DNA of 64,000 nt from Sphagnum compactum. Its lineage: Eukaryota. Positions 10,905 through 24,601 of this stretch are shown here, piece after piece. The stretch covers positions 4,526,001 through 4,590,000 of the forward strand of contig OZ234493.1 of assembly GCA_965153455.1 (NCBI GenBank). The letters are read 5' to 3'. The notes under the pieces were generated by a model that saw only the letters and a program-made list of their open reading frames with translations, was not told where the DNA came from and made no database searches. The stretch's first letter is position 1. Every line of letters begins with the position of its first letter. The position numbers were made by a program, and so were the translations under genes.

Positions 10905-13900
10905 TGGTAGTTCAAAATAGATTTAAGCTTAGAAATTTCATCATGTTAGGCGGAAAAAACTATTAAAGTTAAAGAATGTCAAAGTTAGAGAAGTTGTAGG
11001 AAAACAAATTACAATCTGAGGTTAAATTATGAACTCAATAGTGGAATAGAGCTTTGTGGAGTCAACAGAAAAATATGGAAAAATAATTTAAGTTTGGGGA
11101 TTTTGTTCTATGTTTCCAAAAGGGAATAAATCACATTTGGGGAAGTTCACCATAAAATGGTTTGGACCATATAAGGTACAATATGTATTACTTAATAATA
11201 CAATTTTAGTGGTCACACTAACTAATTTTGAACCTAACCCTATGTTGGTTAATATTAACAAGCTAAAACCATACCAATTTATTGCATCGAAGGTGCAAAA
11301 TTATGAGGTACAAAAATTGATTTACTAGGAGGAACCATAGACTACAAATCAACCATAGAATGGAGTTCAAGAACAAAGTGGTGTGGACAAAGATGAAGAT
11401 GACAAAATAACACCATGGCAACTATTGATTCATGAGAACAAATCGTTGTGTAGGACCACAGATAAATCTAATGAGTCATTAGAAAAATCAGCTGACTTAG
11501 CTAATAAATCAAATGATGATATTGTTAAGTTGGAGAAGATTACAACACACCTAATAGAAATGATGAAAGATGAAAAAGGAGATGGTGATGATGACATTTG
11601 GATGAATAAAAAAGGTCAGAATGCATCTGAACCATTGATAAAAATTAATTATTTCCACAAGGATGTACAGGAGCAAGGCCATCATGAAAGGAATGGGGCA
11701 CGTGAATAAGACAAGCAAATTAATGAGAAAACGGCGGGCTGCCTTAAATGAAAAATTAAGAAAAGGGAATGGCTGTCAAGTTTTCTTGCATTCAAAGTTG
11801 TTCCAAAATGACTTTGTGTTTTTAAAGGGTTGTTACAATTTGAATGAGGATAGTGCAATAGATTAATTAAAAAGAATTGCAAAAGACACATAAGCACAAA
11901 AGGTTATCGAACATGAGAAATTGCATAGAATTGAAGAAGAACATTATGCGACATAAGTTCTTGCAAGACAGAAGGGAAGTTGGAAAGGCAGGCTAGCAGA
12001 CCAATTTATAACATTGTGTCGTTGAAAGCAATTTCACCTTTAGCATCACCATCGTCATCCAAGTGTGAGGAGGGGAAATGATTCACAAAATAAATTAATG
12101 AAGCAGTTAAATGTGCAAAGGATATTGAGGAGACAATAAAACAAATGTTGGAAAGGCTACGAAACAAAATTTTCAAAAAACAAACAAGAATGGCAATGGG
12201 ACTTAGTGCAACAACACATGAATTTGTGGAGATCCAAGATTCCAACGAAGAAAACAAAAAATGGTGTTGGTGCGGTTCGGAGAATTTTTGAAATTGTGAC
12301 AAAAGTTGGTCAAACCACAAAAAATCCATAAACGATGGTGCAACCACAAATGACAAAGCACCAACTCATGATTCCATCATCATCTCAATCAGGTTTTGCA
12401 AACTTACCATATTTGTACCAAATGAAGATGGATCAACAAACTTTGGCAAAAAGGGGCATTAAGATCCCAAATGAAAACAAATATTTCTTTACACTAATTA
12501 AATAAAGTTATTAAAAGGAGATGGAGAAATTAAAGATGTGGAAACAAATGGGGAACATAGAATAGGCCTAGCCCCTAGGCTAGTAAAGTGGGGTTAGTCA
12601 CATTGCTGGCCATTGACTAGAAGCAATCAGACCGTGATGCATTAGTAAAATTCTTGATCAAAATATTTGTGATCAAAGGATGTGAAATTTATTTTGGCAA
12701 AAGGAATATAATGTATGTCATTAGTAAGTAGTTAATAGCTAATGCTTTCAGTGTCTATCAGAGTGGTTATGTTGAGGATCCTAAAGGACAGGTGACCAAA
12801 GCCTTAGCAAAATAGTTGTTGTACAAACATAATATCAAAACCCTTTACACCAATGGAATGTTACGAATTGTAAACTGTCAATTTGTGTTAGATATTTAAC
12901 TATTATATATGTGATTTATCAAAGGGAAAAGGTAAATTACATGAGTAATAAAAGTGCACTAACATTCATGAAATTTGAGGATGGGATTGAGCACAAATCA
13001 TATTCAGTAATTTGTGCAATGAGTTGGATAGATGGACCAAGATGTGGGAGAAAATGCAGACAAGAAGAAAGCAAGAGGACAAAAAAAAAATTGTCATTCG
13101 GCATTGGTTCTAGAAAGATTATTCAAGTATTTTTTCAAGAGGATTTTGAGGTTACATTGAAAAAGGCAATAGACACTCAAAAGAAATCTAAGAGGTCTAA
13201 GGAGAAGTTATAACATGTTTTGGATAATAGAAAGGGAGTAATAAAAGGTCAATCTCCAAAATCTTTAAAGCAAAGGAAAAACACATCTAAAGTAGGGGAA
13301 GGATTAGAACAATGAAGAAAGTCGAGGATGTTACGCGTCAAAAAGTAATGCGTGGAAATACCAGACCGCTAGGGGTTGCAATTCTAGGAATAATTATTCG
13401 ACATGTTCCTAGCAAACCACAAAGACATCAAGGCTCAAAACATGAGCAAGAAAAGAAACAGTAGTCATAGTATATTAAATCATAAAGGAGCATATCACTT
13501 CAAGTAACAACAACATTACAAAAGCAAAATGAAAAATTGCATTATGATGTCATGGATGACTTGGATGATTTTCATGCTCAGATGGCAATCCATGAGGAGA
13601 CTTCAATGGAGGAATGACTCCCACAACCACATATGGACCAACAATAATCACGTTCATTTCAGGAACAACAAATGGAAATACTAGGATCAACAATGCATGG
13701 TTTTTGACCACCTGCCATAATGCTACCACAAAGTAGACCAAGATTAACAGAAGGACATGTGTTGGATATGGATTTGGGTTTACATATGCGGGACAAGGGA
13801 ATGTCATCAAAAGATACATTTCAAAAGATCAAAGGGGAGACACCACATAATTTGACACCAAAATATGTAAAGGAGTTAGCAAAAGAGGTATTGGGTAGTA

Positions 13901-15256
13901 ACAAAATTGCTGAAATGTTTCAAGCAATGGCAATTGTGAATATGAAGATGGGTAATCTAAGTTTGGAAGTCAAATCACTTAAAACTAAATTAACTATAGT
14001 GGAAGAAGATAAATAAGGATTGTTAAAACAAATAAAAAAGGAGTAGCAAGGATATGAGAAGTACAGATGATGTATGCAAATTTGGAACAAAAAAAAGGAG
14101 ATGGAAGAGAAAGCCAATGTGAAGATGTTGCAACTAGCCACATATAATAAGGAGATGAAAGGAAGTTGATGGAATTTCCAGAATTAAACAATGAATGCAT
14201 GGAGCTAAGGCAAAAGGAAGAAGCATGGACTTGGGTGTAAACAAAATAAAGTGAACAACTTGATTACCTTGTCAAAACTAGAACAAGTAAATTTAAAATA
14301 ATAATAAAACCCATTATAGAATTGTGGAACATTGAATGTTTTCATTTCAATGACTAAATATGATATTTGTTTACCATAATGTGCATTGATTTTCATATTT
14401 CAAACTGTAAAAGTAGGTTTTTCAAAATACAAGTAATTTTTTACATCTATTTTTCATTGTGGGCTTTTCGTTTCAAGTAGGTGTCAAGTATGTTTTTACA
14501 AAAAAGAAATAAATGTTTTTTTGATGACACACTGAAAACATATGTTGATCTTCATTTCCTAACTTATTACATATCAATTTCATTAATTTTAAAACCAAAA
14601 AGTAGGTTTGAACACACATTTTTCAATCAATTTCAAATGTACTTTTTATCTACATTTTAAATTCATTTGTTTTTAACTTTCTTAGAATTAGATTCTTATA
14701 AACTTAATAGAGCCAACTAATGTTACTTGACACATACTTTCACCTAATTTGATGTTACTTTATGGTAATATATGATAGGCGCAGGGTTAAAGTGGAGGTC
14801 CATCTATTTTTTTGGTATATTTTATCTTGCTTTGACCCGCTTAAGCAAACCATGCATATCATAAATCATTAATAGAATACAAGCATAAGGTTGAAGGCTT
14901 GGAAAGAGAGAAACAATTATGGATGTAGTAGGAATAGGAAACCAAAAAACAAACAATTGACAAGATGATGGTATAAATTCTACAAATGAAAGGAGTTCAA
15001 TAAGTAGAATGTAGAGAAAGCCAAGGAGCAAGTAGTTATGGAGGTAAATGAATTAAAATAGGAGATGCACAAAACCAAATCAAAATTGGATGATTTGGTG
15101 GAGAGGGGTAAGGATTTGGACCCAACATATGTTATAAATAAATTGGAGGAATATGATGACTTGGTATAGTATTATTATTCAATGCTGCATACCAAAAAAC
15201 AAATGGATGCTGCCAATGATGAGTTTGATGAATGGTGGGAGTTGGTAGAAGTTTAG
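10905..15256 (+). mobile_element. Ty3/gypsy LTR-retrotransposon fragment: integrase C-terminus plus a long degenerate downstream accessory ORF
   Basis: FKFGDFVL..FPKGNKSHLGKFTIKWFGPYKVQYVL...VNINKLKPY (GPY/F integrase tail, 11090-11330). It is followed by ~4 kb of purine-rich, stop-riddled ORF-like sequence with homology to the second gypsy copy at ~52.5 kb. Confidence 0.8.
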
Positions 15257-16244
15257 TTCCAAAAATATATGTAAAACAAATTGGCTACACACAAAAGGGA
15301 TGAGGCATAGAAGACATTTATTTGCCTTCAAGAAAGCCTTTCTAGATTTCATCTATTACAGTCTAGATAATACATGACCATCCAGTCCAGTACAGGAGGT
15401 GGAGGAAGCTAAGTATAGTGGAGCAATTAAGAACATACAATAAGAATAACCGCATAAGTTAAAGGGAGGAGGATAATATATTCTAATTGAGATATCTAAA
15501 AAACAAACATAAATAGCTTCACATCTAGAGACAATGGTCATAACTTATGATATGGGCACATAGAGGGAACCGATTGAAGCTAGGGAGCAGGGAGTGAAAC
15601 ATACACAATAACAAATTCAAAAAGGTATAATAATAACACCACTACTTGATAATTCAATTTTTCAAATGTGTAGAAGCTAAAGGCCATACAAAATCACAAA
15701 TTGAAGTGCAAGTAAGAATACTAGCAATTTGGGAGGAACAGACCAAGCCACAGACGATTGACATAGTGACCTAAAAGACAACTCACTATATATGTGATGC
15801 AATTCATTGTAATTCAATTGCAACTCTATCAAAACAATTCATTTTCAACTACTATGCAACTCCATTATAACTGCACTCATGATGTCATGCTAACATCATT
15901 AATTGTCATCCATATATTAAAATTCAAAGAAGTTCTTATGAACAAAGGAATGTGATTCCAGAAATAATATATAGGAGTAACTTTAAGGACTGGGCCATCA
16001 GCCAGAGGTACAATGCAGGCATAATTCCCCCTGCCTGCCCACAGGGGTCAGACACTAGGAGCCTGAAACAATCTTTGAGAAAAAAAAGCCTTGGGATCAG
16101 ATGAAGTGCAAGGATGGTGAACCTTTCTTTAAGCAAGGTAGGATCAGAGTGAAGGCCATGAAATCATTGAGGGATCCAAGATGGACACTGGCAGCACCTG
16201 CTTGATTTTATAACTAGAACATGCTGTACATGAAGTCATTGTAC

Positions 16245-17116
16245 CTTTCACTTTTTGCTCATAATGCACACGATCACGCATCATCAGAGCAGCAGCCTCA
16301 CCATTCAAAGGATCTGTTGGATTTGGATACGGTAAGAGTTGTGGAAGGAAAACCTCAAACACATTTATTAGGTCTGCCCCAAATCCACCACACAGCAGTC
16401 AAGCCCCATAAGCCTCTCCCTGTATTTAGGGTACAAGGGCTTCCACCAAATTGCAAATTCAAATGCAGCATTGCTCCCAAATGAGCCCCTTTGAGCAACT
16501 GCTGCTCCAGGCCAAGAGGGATGCACAGGTCCCAATGAGCATTTCAGAATAGGCCTTATAGATGCTCCCTAACCTAAGATGACCACTGCATTAGATGTCC
16601 ACATGACAGGATCCATGTCAATTTGTGGATGTGCGTAATAATAGATGCATTGCTAATAAACTTCCTTTACACATCACATAATGGTATGTCAATATTGAAA
16701 CCAGTTACGAAAACAGAGCATCAAAAAGAGAATCTGGCTCCAGAACCTCTTGCTTGCATAGCGTCAACACTGGTCAGTTATAACTTACACAAGAAACAAA
16801 CTGTTCAATTTCCACTCCCACCTCTTCAGATAGCTTGGAGTGCTTGAAAACTCAGTACAGGTCTTATAAGAAAGAAAAAAAACACAAACCTGTTCATGAT
16901 GAGCTCAGACTTGATAAATTTCTTAAATAACATTAGTCAGGTGGATTCAGTTTAAATATCTATACTGTACCTGCAATGGCTATGCAGGTTGAACCTAATG
17001 CCTCCAAATGCCCTAAGGGTAATTGTTTTTGAAATGCCTTCAAAAAGAACGTCAAGAACTCACCAAACATGGGACTCCAAGTCTGATTGATGACATACAA
17101 GCACACAGAACCTGGC
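16245..17116 (-). pseudogene. Two-exon fragment of a ubiquitin-conjugating enzyme E2 (Arabidopsis UBC4/5/6, UBE2H-like)
   Basis: Exon 17116-17064 (AG..GT) encodes PGSVCLYVINQTWSPMF. Exon 16373-16245 (AG..GT) encodes (D)[42 protein letters not shown]. Family consensus is [37 protein letters not shown] found no N-terminal or final exon in the window. Confidence 0.8.
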
Positions 17117-20100
17117 CTGCAACCCATCAACCATATGCAGCATTTAGGACTTGCAACTCAGCTGTCAACTGTGCACATGTCCACAGAGGCACGCATACAC
17201 CTCAAGTAATCCTGTCCAACTGACTCACATCTTTAAGTTCACCAACATACAAAACATTAACATAAACACGCAACCATATTCAGAAAAAATGCACGGGGTA
17301 CTAAAACTGATGCAACTCCAAGGTGACAACACACATCAGATCAGCCCCCAGTGCACACCAAATACTCTGAACCAACAAGATGGAATCACCAACTGAAAGA
17401 AATTGGACAAACCAAAAACCTTGTAGCAAACAGAACCTCTAGAATTTGCAGAACAGCTGGCATCATCAACATCTCCCAAGACCAAAAAAAAGATTAGGAA
17501 GACTCCTCAGGACTTAAGGTTGTGGATCAGAAACATGCCCAGTCCAGTAACAGCAGGATGTCCTATGGGAAACTAGTAAAAACCCTACTAGAACACATGC
17601 AATAGCACATGGCACTATGAAGATATTTGGACATACATTTATAATTTTTTCAAAATATTGATCTCCATTGCCCATTATGATTGTTAATGATGGTTCAAGA
17701 TTGTGACATGTGGCACAATAACAAATTGTCACATGGCATATTAATTGTATATTGAATTTTAAAAATATATATATATATCTATTTTTGTAGCCCGTACATA
17801 ACCATAGGTAGGTAGGTTGATAGGTTTTAAAACCTACATACCTATGTATTTACTTAAGACCTACCTACCTACCTAAGTAGGTAAAAATTTACAACCTACT
17901 TATTTACCTAAGACCTGCCTACCTACGTAGGTAAGTAAATAGGTAACAAAACACAAAACTAAGTGAACTAAAAATTATTAATAAAATTTCACTTTTTAAT
18001 TTTATGTTTTGCCTTTAAGTTAAGTTTTTTTGAGCTTATCCCAAAATGGCACATTTATTTTAATGTGAGAACACAAAAGAACATGTCTTCTTTATTTAGT
18101 TTGTAACATGGAATTTGAAAACAAAATATATGGGTTAAATGTTTTAGTTGTTCTTTAGTTGCAAATTGAATTGCAAATTGAGTTGTAACTATAGGATAAA
18201 TCGATCAATGATTGAACATTGAAACAATCAAGGCAAGCCAAATCCAAGGGGAAGGCTCCATAGTTTTTTTGTGTTTAAACAAAACTTGAACCTCTCCTAT
18301 CAACATCTGACGCACTAAATATCGTAAAAAATGGAATAAAATTGAAATAATTATAGCCCCCAAAACTAGAGGGGGTAAAAAATTCAAAAAAAACAAACAA
18401 CTGAACGTTATAAAGGTCGAATTCCTTCTATGTTATTTTGTTGCTATCAAATTTGAAAGATGATTTGTAAAATTTCAAATGGTGCTCCTGTAGCACTTTA
18501 AATTGTTTTAAATTAATGAGAAATAAGAAAGTTATGAGGTTTGAAAGTTCTGCGTCCAAAGAGAAAAATAAATTAAAAAAACACGTTTTGTAAATTGGAA
18601 ATTTGTTTTTTCTTGTTATTTTTTATTACTCCTTTTCCTTTGCATTTCAAAGATGATTTTTAGAGCTTGAGGTAATGATTCCATAACATTTTAAATAATT
18701 CAAAATGAAGCACATATGGTGAAGATATAAATAATTATTCGGTCATAAGCATGTGATTGATGATGGGTCGATTTACTTTACAAATATTTTTTCACATGCT
18801 TTGTGCTTGTTTTCCAATATGTAAGTTATACAATTAAATTAATGTTTCTATGATAATTAAATATGTGACTTAATTATTTAATATTTTTAGTTGTTTGAAA
18901 TAGTTATTTGTATTTTTTTTAAATAATTGATTATCAAATGATTAATCATCTAAATTCATATAATTAATCATTAATCATTTGAAATTTTGAAAAAAAATGG
19001 AGTTATTATAATTAATTAATGAACTAATTATATGAATCAAAATTATTTATAATTCATAATAATTAATATGTACTAAATTGTTGAATGATAACTCAACATT
19101 AATATTAAATATTAAAAATGAATTTGGTAGAATACATGAAGGTATAAATAGGCATATCTATATGTACATAAAGTTGAATTTTCAATATAATATACATGGG
19201 TGCAATCAAAGTATTTTGTACACACTTGTTACCTTTTTTTCTACTTGAAAACACCCAAAAAATAGTTTTAAAAACTATTAGCCTTCCTTTAATATTTCAA
19301 CACAAATGAAATTTTTACTTTTTTCGTGGGCATCTCTAGCTTAGCTTTTCAAAGAAATTTGTGTCATATCATTTGAATTTGAAAAAATACCCCACAAGTA
19401 TTCCCAATATTTTGTCATTTTTCAAGGGTTAGGGATGATTTTAGTTATAAAAACAAACTTTATTAACCAAAAACATTATATTGGAATGTTCACCACATCA
19501 ATATTGAAGTGCATTAAAAAAGTAAAATATTTGCAAAACCAAATCACCTATTTTCAAGTACTTCAATTTTAATTTTCAAGTTGCCCAAAAAGTTTAAGTC
19601 CAATTCAAATACTTGCAAGTAGTGTAAAAAAACATGATTATAACAATTTAGCTTTTGAAGTTCATGCAAACAAGAGTCAAAAAATAATGTGCCCTAAAAT
19701 AATATTATTATCCTCATAAAATCATCTACTTGTTAGTCCTTTCATATAGATATCTCAATATTTTGTTGCTTACACTACTTTTTGTGTATATTTTACCATG
19801 CTTTCATCCACACATTACTTTTAATTTCACATCTAAATTAAGTATATGTATCGAAATAATTAATTAGTTAATGAATTTAGATAATTAATGAATTGGTAAT
19901 TATTGATGAATTAATAATTATTTTAAATCATCGATCTAATTCATTATGAAATATCCCCAACTTCGATAAATATTTATCCGATTAATATTTAATAAGTAAT
20001 TAATATTTTCCTTAATTATATGAATTACACGTATTTATTCATATTAATAGTCAAATTATTGAAATAATATTTTTTATAAAATATCACATATGATTATATC

Positions 20101-21464
20101 CTTATTAAGTTATAAGTAGATATATTATAGTCATAACATGGTTGAACAATAATATTTGAATAGTGGTGCATTAATGGTCGTATTAATTGTATCAACAAGA
20201 ATCATAGTCAAAATTTAGTTGCAAATGTATCCCATATGGATGGTGGAAATGTGAACACATGGCATGATTGCATATATATACATTGTACACTAGTTGCAAC
20301 ATAGTTGTTGCTTTAATGTCACATTTGCAATAAATCTAAAGTAGTTGCCAAATGTAACTTTTTAAGAAATCAAACATGGTTAACTACATATGTATGTACG
20401 ATGTGTATAAATTACCAAATAGAAAACTCATTTTCAACTCATTTGCAAATGTAATAGAACTAACTAATTTTTTGACGTGACAATTTATTCATTAATACAC
20501 CATATTTATAAGGGGATAGTTGCATAATAGTTGTAATACCCAAGGGATAATTGCACAATAATTACCTATGAGTATTTTTTGAGTTTTAGTTGCAAGGTAA
20601 TGTGGTTTCAACGAATGTGATTTCTCATAGTGTATTCACATTTGTGGGGACATTAATAACATTACATGCATCCTATATTGCGTGTAGCCATATAGTTTAT
20701 AAATTTGAGACATGGTGAAATAAAATGTTTTTTTTAATTGTATCAATTTTTGAATTGATGGAATGATTTTGTTTATGGAAATTATATTCAGTACTTGATA
20801 TAAAGGAGGTTTATTTTCATTGATATTAAGTGAACAACTTGCACATATATATAATGTGGACCTAGGTTCTATTTTAATTTGAAAATATGTAGAAAGATGT
20901 TTTAATAATTTGTTTGAAAAACATTTAAGTTGTTTTTAAAAACATAACCTTTCATAACAAAAACGTGGAATTATGGGAACATCTTGAACTTGTTTATTAA
21001 ATTTCAATGTATATTGATTTTTTTTCATTTTCCTTTATATTAACAGTATGTTTTATTTTATCTGATTGAACCTCATGTTCCACAAAAGTTTGTTGTCTAA
21101 GAATTGGTTATTTACTTTCTTTTAGAGTGCATACACTACATGATGATTGAATTTTATCATTTATGGAAGATTCATCTTATTTAATATATATGTTTCATAT
21201 GATTCACAATTTATGATCTTGTTCTTTTAATATTGAAAACATGTTAATGAATTTTTGATGTTTTTTCAAAATAAGTAAGATTTGCATAAACATTTTATAG
21301 TTCAAAAATATTACTATTATAAAGTTCCTGATCAAATATTCTCTTTTTCTTTTGTGTTATATTAGGATCAACAATTAAATATTGGAAATGTTCCATTTGA
21401 ACTTTAGGTATGTTTTGAATTTTGGTTTTAAACATTAAAATGGACGGATTAGGCAAAATAACCT

Positions 21465-21842
21465 TCGTAAATATTTAGCTATCCAAACTATTTCAGTGAA
21501 ATCTCCCCCACAAACCTCCCATCATAGCACATAATGTCACTTTTTGTCACATATTAATGTCATACTTTGATGTTTTTTTTTAAAAAATTAAAATTTAATT
21601 CTCAAAAACGACATTGTTGGGCTATTTCTGTATTCACTAATAAACATTCGTTTAAATGTGCCATGTTAATTTGCCTCAATTGAAGAGATGATAAATGATT
21701 ATCCCATAAATAATATATCGAATCAAAAAGACAGTTGCATGTTTCATATTTGTACATTGAAACCAAACGGAAAACATATGAATGTAATACATGTTCAAAT
21801 GGTGAATCAACAAGATTTGATGAAGTTGTTTCCATTATCATG
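21465..21842 (-). pseudogene. Degenerate OTU-like cysteine protease domain, probably transposon-borne
   Basis: ETCNCLFDSIYYL...SSLQLRQ resembles the OTU catalytic motif (DGNCLFRS/A...LR). Downstream, across a frameshift, GGLWG/DFTEIVWIAKYLRR (~21465-21520) resembles the OTU WG..E motif. Confidence 0.6.
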
Positions 21843-22049
21843 AACTTCAATTTAATCCAAATACATAAATAATAAAAATTACCTTCCTCACACATACACA
21901 TTCAAAATGATAAGTAATTAGTTATTCACTAGAAGACTATTTACATTGAATTATTTTTAAAAAATTATTTGGATTGAAAATTTATTTATTATAATAAACA
22001 ATTTCTTGTATATTATATATATATTTTATTTTATTGAAATAATTGTATT

Positions 22050-22650
22050 AAAAAGTTGATTGTACTGAAAACTACTTAAATTTAAAATTTGATTAGATGA
22101 AAAACTATTTGTATTAAAACGATGCTTGGATTCAAAAATTGATTGCATGGAAAAATTGCTTGTACTAAAAGACTAGTGTTTGGTTCAAATTTTGCTTGGA
22201 TGGAAAATTTACTTGCATTAAAAAAATGCTTGGATGGAAAACTACTTATACCAAAAAAAACGTTTAAAATTTATTAGATGGAAAAAACACTTGCACTAAA
22301 CAATTATTTGGTTTCAAAAATTAATTGGATGAAAAAAAAAATTGTATTAAAAAAATGCTTGAATTCAAAACTTGATTGGATGGAAAAACTGCTTGCACTG
22401 GAAAACTGCTTGGATTCAAAATTTGATTAGATTCAAAAATTCCTTATAGAGAATTACTTGGATTAAAAATTTAATTTTATCAAAAAAAATCTTGTGTTGA
22501 AAAATTACTTACATGGAAAAACTTCATATACTAAAAAATTGTTTATATTTTGCTTACAATGAAAAACTATTGGTACTTAAAATTATTTTCATTGAAACTA
22601 CTTGGATTCAAAAACTAGTTGTATTTAAAAGGTGCTTATATTGAAAAGTC
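22050..22650. repeat. Degenerate ~21-23 bp minisatellite (GAAAAACTRCTTGCATT / TGCTTGGATTCAAAA units)
   Basis: Many recurring AAAAACTACTT, TGCTTGGAT and TTGGATGGAAAA units in tandem. Confidence 0.65.
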
Positions 22651-22759
22651 TTTCCAAACATCACAAAATACGATATAAAAAGTTTTCATATATATGTCTA
22701 ATATTTGTATACTAAAAGTAATTATAAAAAGGTTGCACAAAAACTATAATCAACAACTG

Positions 22760-24601
22760 TATTGTTTAAGAGGGCTTTTGTTCAACTCATCAAAGAAAAG
22801 CTTGCATTTCACATTACACTAGACATTGTCACTAAAACTAATTGCCATAGGAGTAATCAACCCTTCAACATTCAATTTTTTTTCTATTTCTTAATGTATG
22901 TTTTTTTAGAAACCAACAAGGGCAGCTCTGGGCGACAAATGAAATTTAGCACAGAAACAAGGAGTTGAACTTGTTTTGAACAACCCAAATTCAAAAATTC
23001 AAACTTTATCATATGCACAATTGTTTCAAACCATTTTCCCTCAATGGTCAATAATATAGGTCCATCATTGGTTGTAATGGAACCATGAAGGACACTTGAT
23101 TTATGAACAACAAACATTACAATGAACATCACTCGTTGAGCAAATGATGACATTTGCTACATGACAATTTCCACACGCTTTTTGGAATGGAAGTGTAATA
23201 GGACTAACTATGGACAACACCTTGGTCCTTGAAAAATAAAAACAAAATATGTTAAAACAAGAAAATAATGAAAAATGTGGGAAAAATAATGTTTTATAAA
23301 AAAAAATTCACAAAAAAATTGAATTTTTTTTCCCCTTAAGAGGGACACAATTAGGTGGTCTATCAATTGTTTTTTAAAAAAAATTCCCTGGGTGGTCACT
23401 TGACTGTAAATAAATAAATAAATAATATAAATGGTTTTTTTCCCCTTGGTAGAGACACAATTCATGGCTACCCAATTTTTTTTTTAAAAAAGGTATTTTG
23501 TTTCTTAGAGACACAACTAGGTGGGCATTCAATTGGGCCCTAAAGATTCAATTAGATGGCCACCTTATTGTTGCCCCCAAAAATAATTCTTGAAGGACAA
23601 AATAAAATGTTTGTTTGATTAATAATATAATATAATAATATTATTGTATCCTATTAATTTTTAACTATTTTAAATATTATTTAATTATCTTAACACTTTT
23701 CGTTATTTTTCTAAGTATAAATGACCTATAGATGAATATTTGGCACCATTGAATTTTTTTCTATGAATTTGAAAAAAAAATTCAAAATGTCTTCGAAAAA
23801 ATGAGATTTAAAAAAAAAAAACCTTTCTTAAGGGAGGTCTTACAATTGATAGTTTATTGTACAACTTGAGTATACAAGTTTGAGTAGCCTCATCAACCTT
23901 TGTGAGAATTGTGTATTGTTGTGTTCTCAAATATCGATCTCCTTTGGATGTTGTTGCCATAATTTTGATCAAGACCATAGCACATTAGCCTCCATTATAT
24001 GCTTCAAGAAGTTGTTCATATTTTGTTCTAAAATTATTGCCAAGAATAAGAACATCTTGGTTGAATTCACCTTTTCCATTATAATCAATAATTATTTTTC
24101 ACCTTTGTTATTCCTTTTTCCCTTTACACCAACAATGATGACGACAATAGTAGCAAAGCTCCAACTTTGAAGATAACTTTTGAAATTTCTAATGGAATCC
24201 ATGTGGAAAAACATGGGAGCCAACTCTAATTCAAAAATAGTGATTGGTTACATAATGGTCTTGACTCAATTGTAATGACAACAGGCATGTCACCTTTCTC
24301 AATCCCCTTTTGGACTTTGACTCAATGCAAAAAAATTCAACCTTCACAAACATGTTTTTTGCAAATACTTCTCATGCATATCTATATGAGGTGATTTGAC
24401 TTTGAAAATGATTGTGGTCATAACTACCCTATCCAACAAATAAAAATGCAAATATGTATAACCCATGCTTCTATTTGCAATTCAATCAAAGGAACCATAC
24501 TTATTAAACACCTTTGCCCCAAACGCAACATCTTTAACTCCAAAATCCAAATTATCCATCGCAACAACTAATCGAACTTCTTTCACTAAAACAATAGCCA
24601 T
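22760..24601 (-). pseudogene. Degenerate RPA70-like ssDNA-binding (multi-OB-fold) gene, typical Helitron cargo
   Basis: ATG at 24601: MAIVLVKEVRL..YLHFYLLD..MFVKVE..EKGDMPVVITIES..FATIVVIIVGVKG..MVLIK..KGDRYLRT. Probable intron ~23228-23822. Then KACGNCHVANVIICSTSDVHCNVC (CxxC..CxxC Zn ribbon) and VLHGSITTNDGPILLTIEGKWFETI, like RPA70 DBD-C. Stops and frameshifts present. Family assignment is by eye. Confidence 0.6.
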
